The notes under the pieces: model-generated
Seen by the model: only the letters and a program-made list of their open reading frames with translations
Database searches by the model: none
Told to the model about the DNA's origin: nothing
Program-made: the position numbers and the translations under genes
DNA from: Antedon mediterranea
Taxonomy: Eukaryota > Animalia > Echinodermata
DNA: 64,000 nucleotides
NCBI RefSeq assembly: GCF_964355755.1
Contig: NC_092675.1
Span: 11,155,812 to 11,219,811 of the forward strand
Direction: 5' to 3'
Part shown: piece after piece, positions 38,301-50,300 of the stretch
Position numbering within the stretch: the stretch's first letter is position 1
Layout: each line of letters starts with the position of its first letter

Positions 38301-41300
38301 TTTAAATTTTTTTTGTTGAACATGCCATTTTAATGTTACATAATAATTATCCACTTTGACCAAAAATTTACCTGAAAAAACTGTAAATTAAAGCAAAAAA
38401 TAGTACAAAATTGGCTGTTGCCAGCCAATGGATTTTTGGTTGAATGTAACCATTTATTTTGTCATTTCTACGGAAGTGAATAACTTCATTAAAACTACAA
38501 AATAACCTATTCAAAGTCTGATTTAATTAATCTTCATGTTTTTAGGGGACAATACAACTTTAATGGTGCTTTTGAAAACCTTTTGTGCAAATGTTTGTTG
38601 TTGAATTTTTTGCGTTGGTGTTTTTTTTTTTCTCTTTCATGGGGGTCACCCACATTTATTCATTCCTTTTACAAATATATATTATATAATATACATACAT
38701 TTTTGTAAAAATATAAAACAATAAAATTCAATAGAGTAGTTAAAAAGGCATTATATCTATACATGTACATAAAATCGATGGAATAAAAGTATGCTTTAAA
38801 AACGTACATTTTATGTTTATTGCAAGTTATTATAGTAAAAGTACAACTATTTTCATTTAAATTTACTTTATATTAGGAAATGTATTAAAAGTAGCTTTCT
38901 TTTATTATATTTTAAATCAGTACTCACAATTTGTATGTTTCTTTTTTCCTTTTGACCTTATTTACATCCATTACAAATATATACACCCATACACACATTA
39001 ATAGACCTATTTACATTCACGATTCAGTTTAACATAGCTATTATAACATAACACATTATATGCTACTTTTTATGTTTTGGCCTTGTACTGTATAACATTT
39101 GTTTCATTCCACTATTTCTAAACCTTAAAATTCTGTTCTTACTATGTTGGCCATTTACATTTGTTTGTTTACCTTTTTGTTTGACCGTGTGTTTCAGTCT
39201 ATGTTTTACCCTAATACATTTATTTCTGTTATATACCGTAGTTCCCCGGGTATAATCCCACCCCCCTTGTACGTGAAATTTGCCCAAATTTGGAAGGTGG
39301 GACTATACCCGGGGATTTCCCGCTGCATGAACTGAAAATGACGATATTTCTTCTGTCTACGATTTTGCTATCTAAAAGCTATATTCCGATGTAGGCCTAG
39401 CAATTAGACGGCCAGGCCATCTAGGCCTAGGCGGCCTAATTGGTCTTACCTGTGCTATGCCTACCGTATAGATTTTCCCCGAGATTTCTACTTAAAAAAT
39501 ACCCTAAAATGTGATCTAGGCCTAGCTTCCTAAATCGACATGAACTCGATCATACGAGTTCTCCACGTTCACCCACACGCTCGAGCTCTCTGTGTAAATC
39601 GCATGTTGTTGCATGTGACACAAACTCTACTGCACAAGCCGATCGGTATAGAGGGCGGTGTTTTTTTTACGGTAATCAAGCGTCAAGAAAGAATGTACAC
39701 GACGGCGAAAGGATGTACAGAACGTGACGATCGGAGCATGCTTGTATTCAACTTAACAATGTTTGATGAGTTTTAAGTCAGCCAAATTCAGAGAATTTAC
39801 TCTATTTTTTTGGTGAGAAATTGACGTCGGCCTAGCTAGCTACAGTAGGCATAGGCCCACCTATGGCCTAATGTTAAATTATACACTGGGACTTTGCCCG
39901 GGGATATGCTTGCGTGCGAAGGTAATCGTAAAGTCGGGGGTGGGATTATACCCGAGGTGGGATTATACCCGAGGAACTACGGTATTAGTTTTAGTATAGG
40001 CCATGGAGTTTGTTAGTTTTATAATGTATGGCTTTATTATAGGTATGACTTTATGTTTAGCAGATGTATTACACTTATGTGTTCTGCCTAAAATTAATTC
40101 AATTGAATTATTACATTCTTACATAATTTTATAGTAACTACTAGTACAGTTTTGATTTCCATTTTACCTTTAGTATTGAATGCTTATATAATATATACAC
40201 TATAGCCTGTATTAGTTTTATATTTTCCTTATTTTATGAATTCTAATAATTAAATTTTAACATTATTCCATTTTGTAACTGCTTTATACTGACTGATTAC
40301 ATGCATATTCATTTTCTATAAGATTTTTTAATTAAAACTTAAACATATTCAAGATACTTTTTGATTCGTTACCCATCATGTTATCTAATAAACAAAGCCT
40401 TATGCAGGATTTGTAATACAAAACGTAAAGATAGATGTTAGTTCATTTACAAGTTTGTCTTTGGAACCAGTAACTATATCAAACCAATGTATTTGCGTTT
40501 CATTAGGAAAGCATTCAACAATAAGATTATTGAATTTTCTCCAAACTGGCTTAATCACTTTACAACATGTGTTCTTTGTTTTCTATCACATTCTTACATC
40601 TATCGCAAATTTATATTAGTTTTAGACAATTTCCAAATATGTAATCTTTTATTACAAACAAGTATGCGATGTAAAAGTTTAAAATTGAATTGCGCAACTT
40701 TTACCATATGTTTCATATCTTTGACTTTATTATTCCCTATTTTGTTCCATACCATATTTTTATTTAAAAAACTCTGTTTCCCATTTTACTTGGGAGATTG
40801 GCACTGTCTTTAATTCAATTATAAACTTATCATAAAAACCTGTTTTAACATTTGATTGGAATAATTCATTTTTAATATCAACATTAACTTGTTCTTTCTC
40901 TATTGTAGGTCGTGCCAATACTTCCTTCCATTCAATAGGAATAGCATTCATGAGTTTGAAGTATTCTATTATTCCATTATGCTTTACTAATAACGTGGGA
41001 ATTAAATCTCTACAATTGTGTTATTGACCAAAATGTAACCAATTGTTTTATAGCCTGACTTTAACCAATCTTAGAAGTATAAAGACTTTCCGTCTGACAG
41101 TATACGTTTATTTTCCCACAAGGTTTGAGATTTAATTTCCTGCACATTTTGAGGAACAGTTCAATATTATTTATTTTCACAATTGCATTAATCATATTTA
41201 AATAAAATTTAGGCATAATTTGTAATTGTTTATTAGCATTGGTTTAATCAATAATTGGGGTTACTGACTGGCATACTGCATTCAGGTTTTTTCACGCTGC

Positions 41301-44300
41301 TGCTACGTCCCAGGAGGATGACTCATTAAGAAACCGAAAGTAAAGCAGCAGTTATATATCTAAGGTTGACAGTTTGGCTAAAATGTATACTGTAATTTAT
41401 AGGTACCACCAAAAAACGTCTGGGAAAGGGTCTAATGGTTGAATGACAAATCCCAAAGCATTTGTGGTATTTATGAGTCCCATGATATTATATAATTGGC
41501 TGTCAGATAATTGCATTAATCATATTTAAATAAAATTCAGGCATAATTTGTAATTGTTTATTAGCATTGGTTTAATCAATAATTGGGGTTACTGTTATTA
41601 CTGGCATACTGCATTCAGGTTTTTTCACGCTGCTGCTACGTCCCAGGAGGATGACTCATTAAGAAACCGAAAGTAAAGCAGCAGTTATATATCTAAGGTT
41701 GACAGTTTTGCTAAAATGTATACTGTAATTTATAGGTACCACCAAAAAACGTCTGGGAAAGGGTCTAATGGTTGAATGACAAATCCCAAAGCATTTGTGG
41801 TATTTATGAGTCCCATGATATTATATAATTGGCTGATACTTGCGCATCATTTATAAAAAGAGCTCTAACTAAATAGCAGTAGCATTAAATAAGCCTTAAC
41901 AATTTATTTTATATTTTTACATTTGATCGCAATTTTACCTAAAAAATTATGTTGGTCTTAAGTGTAATTTGTTTTTATTTTGTTTTGTACTTATCGATAT
42001 AATTACATTGACTTTGGTCAATAAACGTACTTTATCAAATATATTGTCATTTCCGTCACATGATTTTTTAAATTTATATTATATTTTTACATTTGATCGC
42101 AATTTTACCTCAACAATTATGTTGGTCTGAAATGCAATTTGTTTTGTTTTTTTTTTGTATATCTTATCGATATAATTACATTGACTCTGGTCAATAAACG
42201 TACTTTATAAAATATATTGTCATTTCCGTCACATAATTCTTGAATTTGGTCATTTCTGTCACAGCAAGTCATCTCCGTCACATTGATATTTTATCCGTTT
42301 AAATCCTAAAATATTTCAGTAATGACCGCAACTATGTGGTATAATTGAATTATTTATTTACTTCTTTTGATGCTCCATTATTTAGTAATTTTGGATTTAA
42401 AGAATTGTGTAAAATTGAAATGACAGTTATAATATTTTATGAAAATTACGACTTTATGGATAGTAATTAATTAAATTTAATCTATCAAAATAGTTTTTTT
42501 TTTTTTGCCGAATTGTGTGCAGGTATTTTTCAAGATGGACATCCATTATAGACAGTGTATACCACTATCGGAAAAAAACCCTATTTGGGGCAAATCGTTG
42601 AACCTAATATTTTTTTAATTGTTTAACTAATTATCAAACTCAATTTAGTTAGTAAACAAGGTTACATCAGGTTGTTAAAATCAGAACCGAAAGTACGAAC
42701 CAACTTTATATACCATCGAGTAAACATTCTAGAAGTAACACGCGATTTACCAAATTTTGCTAACTACATTAATAGGAGAGTTCTTGATCGAGATGGGCTT
42801 CTTTTCAAGATTACTTTTGCATACTAAAGAAGGGAGATTCTTTTAAAGAAGGGTTTCTCTTCGAAAAAAAGATCATGGTCTTTCCAAGGTTTTACGATAT
42901 TATTAAGATTGGCAAAATCTCCCAATTTATGTAACTTTCTTTTCTAGGTTAAGAAAGCATTGACAGTCGTTATACAACTTGGCCATGTTGAGTATGGTTG
43001 CCACAAACGCGGGTTTGTAGAATACTCAGCTAGACTTGATCGAATACTATTACACACACGGTATCCAAGCTACATTTACTGTGCAAAGTCTTTGTATGGT
43101 GATGCTGGTGAATTGATCATCGAGGAGCTGTTGCAGAATGGACACATGCTGATGAGTGAAGTTGTCTCTAAAGTATGGCAGAGGCTTATGGAGGTTGTTG
43201 AACGTATGTACATTTGGTCGGTTTTTTCATCTTTGCTAGGATTACCCGACCGTAATACATTTTGCTTATCTTGCAGTTATTAGTATTTGAAACTATTAAA
43301 TTCATATTTTATCAGAGAATAAATTTGTAGAAGAGGGGACAGTACGACAAAAATGTGTTGACCTGATCAGCACACATTTCCTGCAGCGAGCCCCAGCAGT
43401 TACCAATAACAGTGAGCTGAAGGAAGGCAGTGCAACCCCAACGCTGACTGTTCCAGAAGAAGAAATGTACAAAATACCTAAAGGAATGTCTCCAGATAGT
43501 AAGAAAATAGATAGTTTTCTCAATAAAAATACTAGTATAAAAAGTACTGTTTATTGTTCACAATTTTGCAACCTAAATGATAATAGTCTAATACCCACAC
43601 TAGCTGTACACTCAAAAGTGGAAAAGGGGGATTAAATTACATGTTTTTAACGATTGTATGGTGGCGCCCTTCTCCATAGCCTCTTATTGCATTGTATTGT
43701 ATCTTATTGTATTGGGAGAACACCTTTGTTGTGAGTGAGTTTTGTTACAATATACCATATTTATTGTTCAGGAGGGTTTAAAGGGGGTGTTTATATATGG
43801 AGACGTTTATTCAGGGGAGTCGGTTTTTTTTGGGTGTAATATGGTGATAAAATACAGTAAAAATGATATCAAATTGCTTGGTAAATTGTAGATCACTGTG
43901 AATTGTATTTTTTAGGTAAAATTAATATAAGAAAGAGAAAACTATCAGAAACTGGTGCAGATGAGAATCCGTTGAAGAAGAAAAAAACAGAGGTACCAAT
44001 TTAATTATGAATTCAAATTTTTACTGTAGGTAATTTGGAGGTGAGACTATGCCCAGAGATTCCACTGTGTATGAGCAGAAAGGATGATCGTTCTGCAAAG
44101 TGACATTGAATAATATATTCTGGTGTAAACAAATTGTACTTTTGAAGGCATTCAATTGGAAGGGATGGGTTACAACCAGATTCATGGTCACATCTTGTGA
44201 TTGTGGCTTAGCACAATATATGTTTTCTGTTGATTGTTTAGTGCTTAGAGGCACCTATCATTTGTTTTAAAACAAAAAAACTTGGCCTAATTAATAACTG

Positions 44301-47300
44301 TCCGAATGTCAAAAAAGTATACCCTGGAACCTACTTGGAGAGATACTTTTTTTATAATTGTGTATTTTATTTTGTTTAAATTTTAGCCAGCTATTGACGA
44401 AGGAATTTATTGGGGTGTGAACTTTGACAGGTTTCATCAATATATGCGTGATCAGGTGATTGTTGCTGCTATTAAAAGACGAGTTGATGAGGTAAACTAA
44501 TGAATGGCAATAATTTTATGTTCTTATGTTTAATTCTATTAAATAATTTATTTATCTTTCATGCCTTTCCATTTAGTTCCAAAAAGGAAACCTCCACATT
44601 ATGTGTACAGATCCAGATTGCTAACTAGCTAACTGTTAGCCTAACCGATCGCAGCCTGCACGAGAATGCTATATCCGATCCAGCTTGATCGGCTTTCCAG
44701 ATGGCGAACTCTAACGGTTAGAGATTTGACCTTGTTTCATCCAATTTGCTTCTATTATTCCTTTGGTGTCAAATCAGTGTCGCTAGGTTAATTTTTCATG
44801 TGCGAAGAAGGCTAACAAGCTGACATTCACACATTTCTGTGTGAAGTGCTTTTACTTTAATAAGCACTAGGCCTACATAAATGTATATTATTACAGTTTT
44901 TTTCCTTTTTTTCTTTTTGTCAATCAATATAAAATAATAAAAAAATGGTTTTGTTTGTGTAAAGGCTGCACACAAGCATAAGAATTAACATTTAAAAAAG
45001 ATATGAATTTGTCATTACCAAATTCAAAAGGACATTAGCTATTTACCAAACTAAATGAATTCTGGTCCTGTCAAATAATAAGTTGCAAATATTGTTATCA
45101 CTTAGAATGCAGCAATGATTGTTCAGACAATGTTGAGAATAAGTGAAGTGACAACCAGTTGTCTAGCAGATGTTACCAACCCAGTTGCAACCAATGAAAT
45201 CTTCGAAGCTTTACCTAAAGAACCAGCTATAGACCAGAGTACATTGAATCAGTACCTCAAAATACTAGTAGAAGATCAGGTGAGTAGTTCATGACATCAG
45301 AGTGCGAGTTTGAGTAGTTTTTATATAAAGAGTGAAATTTTAGTATTAAACATAATCACCAGTTTTTTTTCGATGTGTGGTGTTGTGAGATTTTAGGTTT
45401 CAATAGTATACATGACATCAGGTTTCAATACTCTACATGATTGTAGATTTCAATACTATACATAATTTCAGGTTTCAATACTCTACATGATTTCAGGTTT
45501 CAACACTATACAGGATTTAAGGTTTCTTACTATACATGATATCAGATTTCAATACTATACATGATTTCAGGTTTCTTACTATACATGATTTCAGGTTTCA
45601 ATACTATACATCAGACCTCCCAACTTGGATTGACAAAAAATAGGGAGATTTTTTCGGTAAAAAATATATTATTACGACGCGTTATGCGACGCGCGTTACA
45701 CAACAAAGATATACAAAAATAAATTGTCTCTGTTTTTTCAAAATGCTACAATACAATATTTTATTTTCATCTTTCATCTTATGTACATTATTAACATAAC
45801 ACATTTAGTGCATTTCAGTCCGGGAACATAGCTGGAAAAAGGTGGTTTGCGTGCTGCGTAATGGCGAATGGAAGATTGTGTTCTACAATATACGATCCGT
45901 ATAAAGCACCTCCGCGTTTATAACCTTTTCTGCTATTGGATCTCTGTTATTGAACAACAAAGTCTGGCATTGGTTCACAGCTCTTGCAACTTTTTCATGC
46001 TTCTTTGTCTGTAAAAAATATCAATTTCCATAACTAATTACAGATCTAGGCTAAATATTTTTTTTTAGGCTAAATATTATATTTTTCAAAACATCCTAGG
46101 CCTAGATAACATACAGTTTTGTACCTAGACGTACGTATGACCACCACCAGGCCTAGTAGCCGAATCGACAGGCCAACTACAGGCCTAGCTTATCTAAGGT
46201 TCACCAATCCCTAGGCCTGGAGTGACTGAACGACGCCGTTTAGTAACCTAAAGGCACTGTTGAGGCCTAGCCTAGCTTCAACGGTTGCAGCCTTGCGTCT
46301 AACATTTTCTGGCCTTTTGTAGTTTATTTAATTATACATTAAAAAAGCACATAACATATGAAAAATAAAATAAACTTACCGAAACATGTTTCTGAACGTC
46401 ATTTCTACCGCCATGACTTATATTAAATGTCAAATTGCACGGCGTGCGTGCATCTAGCTGAACTAGGTTCACCTCTGACCGAAATAATGCATGGATAATC
46501 TTCTGTGAACTCTGGTTTGAACTTTGCTGCATACTTAATTTTTTTCTTCGGCGGCGGTCGAGCTGACATCGTAAATTATTTATTTGAAATTGTAATATTA
46601 TTTTAACTAGTTGAATGGCGATCAGTTGATAAGTAATTAAAAAATGCATCTTTTTTTTAATTATACGTGGTCAATAAGTGGTTTTTCAAGGGATTGATTT
46701 GATTGGTCGTTTATTCACACAAAGCTTGCTGAATGCAATTCTATCTGCCAGCCCACACCTACCAATACCATGCCATGTTGTTTAGGCGACCCACCTAGGC
46801 GTATTTAATTAGTCAACAAAGAAGGGAAGTAGTACTCTTTGTTTTATTCGAGTATGCTTTGTTTTATTTATCTTTTTACGAACAATGGTATTTGCGTGTG
46901 GCTTTTGTTTTGCTTTTAACTAAACAACCAACTTCACAACGAACTGTCAATTCAACAACATATAACGTTAAAAATGTGATTACTTGGCTTGGCCATATTG
47001 TATATGTTCCTTGTTTAAAATCGGGAAATTTTTATCCAAAAATGAAAAAATCGGGGGAAATTTGGGTTTCGCGGGAGAGTGGGAGAGAACCAAAAAAATC
47101 GGGAGACTCCCGCGATTTTCGGGAGAGTTGGGAGGTCTGATACATGATTTCAGGTTTAAATACTATACATGATTTCAGGTTTCAATACTATACATGATTT
47201 CAGGTTTCAATACTATACATGATTTCAGGTTTCAATACTATACAGGATTTAAGGTTTCTTACTATACATGATATCAGATTTCAATACTATACATGATTTC

Positions 47301-50300
47301 AGGTTTCTTACTATACATGATTTCAGGTTTCAATACTATACATGATTTCAGGTTTCAATACTATACAGGATTTCAGGTTTCTTACTATACATGATATCAG
47401 GTTTCTTACTATACATGATTTCAGGTTTCAATACTATACATGATTTCAGGTTTCTTACTATACATGATATCAGATTTCAATACTATACAGGATTTAAGGT
47501 TTCTTACTATACATGATTTCAGGTTTCAAGACTATACATGATTTCAGGTTTCAATACTATACATGATTTCAGGTTTCAATACTATACATGATTTCAGGTT
47601 TCAATACTATACATGATTTCAGGTTTCAATACAATACAGGATTTAAGGTTTCTTACTATACATGATTTCAGGTTTCAAGACTATACATGATTTCAGGTTT
47701 CAATACTATACATGATTTCAGGTTTCAATACTATACATGATTTCAGGTTTCAATACTATACATAATTTCGGGTTTCAATACTATACATGATTTCAGGTTT
47801 CAATACTATACATGATTTCAGGTTTCAATACTATACATGATTTCAGGTTTCAATACTATACATGGGGTCTAGGACAACTACCCCCTGGACAACTACCACC
47901 CGGACAATAACCCCCTGGACAATCACCCTCCTAGGACAACTACCCTCTTAGGACAACTACCTCCTAGGACAATTACCCCCTAGGACAATTACCCCCTAGG
48001 ACAACTACCCTCCTAGGACAATTACCCTCCTAGGACAATTACCCTCCTAGGACAATTACCCTCCTAGGACAATTACCCTCCTAGGACAATTACCCCCTAG
48101 GACAATTACCCCCTAGGACAATTACCCCCTAGGACAATTACCCCCTAGGACAATTACCCCCTAGGACAACTACCCCCTAGGACAACTACCCCCTAGGACA
48201 ACTACCCCTAGGACGAAAACTACCCTCTAGCTACCCACTAGGAACAACTACAGCTTACGATTGGTAACCAATTAACAAGCTGCTTCTTTTGGTGCTAATT
48301 GTATTGTAAAATCAAATGGTGTGTAAAGAGGGAACTACCAGGGCATTGTACCACACTATACATTTAACAATATTTGAGGTGAAATTATTAAAATATCGAC
48401 GTATGTACCTAACATTTGTAGTATATTTTGTAATAACTGTAGCGATATTTATTTTTCTTAAACTTCTAGGACAAACTATGAAAAACGATTTCCTCAATTG
48501 GCGCAGTTAGCTATGTTTTCAAAATAGGAAGACTAAAAAATGTATGAACTGTTAAACGGGGGAGAGAGAGATTGATTTTCAAATCGTCTAATGTAATCAA
48601 TTGTTTTATAGTGTAGGTTTTTTTTAAATCTAAACTCAAATTAGGAGGTTCTGTTCTGTAGAAAACGAATTGGAATAAAATGAAATAAGTAGAAATGTTT
48701 AAGTCATAAACATATCATGGATATAATTATTCTTTAGGTTCTAAAAAGTTTTATTGTCCTATTTTCTCAGGAGTGGAAAAAAAATGTAAAAACAAATCAA
48801 TTTAAGTTCTTCTATGAAGTAGTAACAGCCAAACCAATATTCCATTATTACTGGACTTGTAGTAGTAAACGTATAATGTCATTAAACAGCATAACATACA
48901 GTAAGCTCTTACAGTAAAACATTTGTTTTGAAAAAGAAAAGAGAGAACAAAATCGGGCCAATTTAACGATAATAAGGGGCTGCTCCAGTCCCACTATCTT
49001 ACAAATTCCCTCTAGTCCAACTGCTATGCCCCTAGGACAACTACCCCTCTAGAACAACAACACTCTCTGAACAACCACATCTTCACCTTAGATAATTACG
49101 ATCTTGTAAAACTTACTGAACTTCAAAACATAGGGAGAGAGATTGATCTTAAATGAAAGACTGATTGACTGGTGCAGCTACTGTAGGTAAACTGTATGTT
49201 CCTAGATTTATATACGGCATCTTCATGTCACACAAGAATAAAATAAGCCACCCCTTTATTTTTCAAGAATACGTTTTAATAATTTGATCAATTCTCGTTT
49301 AATGTTAAATAACTGCCGACGATACGCATATTAAAAAAATCAAAAGCTTTCATATAAGCAATCACTCTCCTTATGTTTTAAAGTTCAGTAAGTTTTACAA
49401 GATTGTAATTATAACCCAAGGTGTAGGTGTCATGATATAGGTGTGGTTGTTCAGAGGGTGTTGTGTCCTAGGGGAATAGCAGTTGGACTAGAGGGTAGTT
49501 GTCCTAGGAGGGTAGTTGTCCTAGGAGGGTAGTTGTCCTAGAGGGTAGTTGTCCTAGGGGTAGTTGTCCTAGGGGATAGTTGTCCTAGGGGGTAGTTGTC
49601 CTAGAGGGTAGTTGTCCTAGGGGGGTAGTTGTCCTAGAGGGTAGTTGTCCTAGGGGGGTAATTGTCCTAGGGGGGTCATTGTCCAGGGGGTAGTTGTCCG
49701 GATACATATACATGATTTCAGGTTTCAATACTATACATGATTTCAGGTTTCATACTATACATGATTACATGATTTCAGGTTTCAATACTATACACAATTT
49801 TAGGTTAGGTTATATATTGATTAGCAGATAATGGACAACACGGCCATATACATGGCTGCAGTCGCATGCTCAAGTTAGTGTTTACCGACCAACCGACCGA
49901 CATATTGAGACGAGATAGTTGGGGAGCCAGAAAGGGTTTACTTGCACCCTCTAGCAAACTATGCCCAACAATTTTTTTTGCTTCCTTATATCAATACAAA
50001 TCAATTTTTTGCTGTTGGCCGAAAAAAAATTAGGATACTTGTACAGGGGCCAAAAGGTCAATATGGTCAAAGTTAAGACTGTGCGTAACTTGGTAACTAC
50101 TGGGTGTATTGGAATATTTTTTGTACCAAACTAATCAGAAGACCCATATTTCTATTCACTCGAATGGGAAACTTTTGCCAAAAGTAAACGGAAACCCCTT
50201 TTCTGACCACTGGTCAATAAATTGGCCATATGAATATCTCAGCAACCACTGGTCAGAAAGTGATAATTGTGGTCTCAAATTACTCGCACAGTATGTTTAT

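Larger units (their letters stand above)
23941..42775 (-). mobile_element. Helitron copy split into about 23941-25618 and 42512-42775
   Basis: Pieces are colinear with about 62495-63070 and 63375-63600 of the complete copy; further interrupted by nested TIR elements 24537-25582 and 24621-25326. Confidence 0.65.
23810..42897. mobile_element. Degraded MITE split into halves (about 23810-23905 and 42785-42897); outermost layer of the intron-1 nest
   Basis: Both halves share TGGGCTTCTTTTC.AGATTACTTTTG...ACTAAAGA; termini TAAAACC / GGTTTTACG. Confidence 0.45.
45395..49800 (+). repeat. 25-bp minisatellite (CATGATTTCAGGTTTCAATACTATA)n in three blocks: about 45395-45611, 47140-47864, 49707-49800
   Basis: Visible directly; interrupted by two TIR elements. 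Confidence 0.95.

Noticed and set aside
25620-42510. Exact TIRs and TSD of the Sola2-like element
   Set aside because: Subterminal repeats are visible at both ends but I could not match terminal sequences, so no boundaries are claimed
14383-49800. CRISPR-like look of the short-unit arrays (14383-14621, 47140-48250, 49440-49800; also 59478-59707)
   Set aside because: Units are head-to-tail with no unique spacers, no cas genes, and the context is eukaryotic introns
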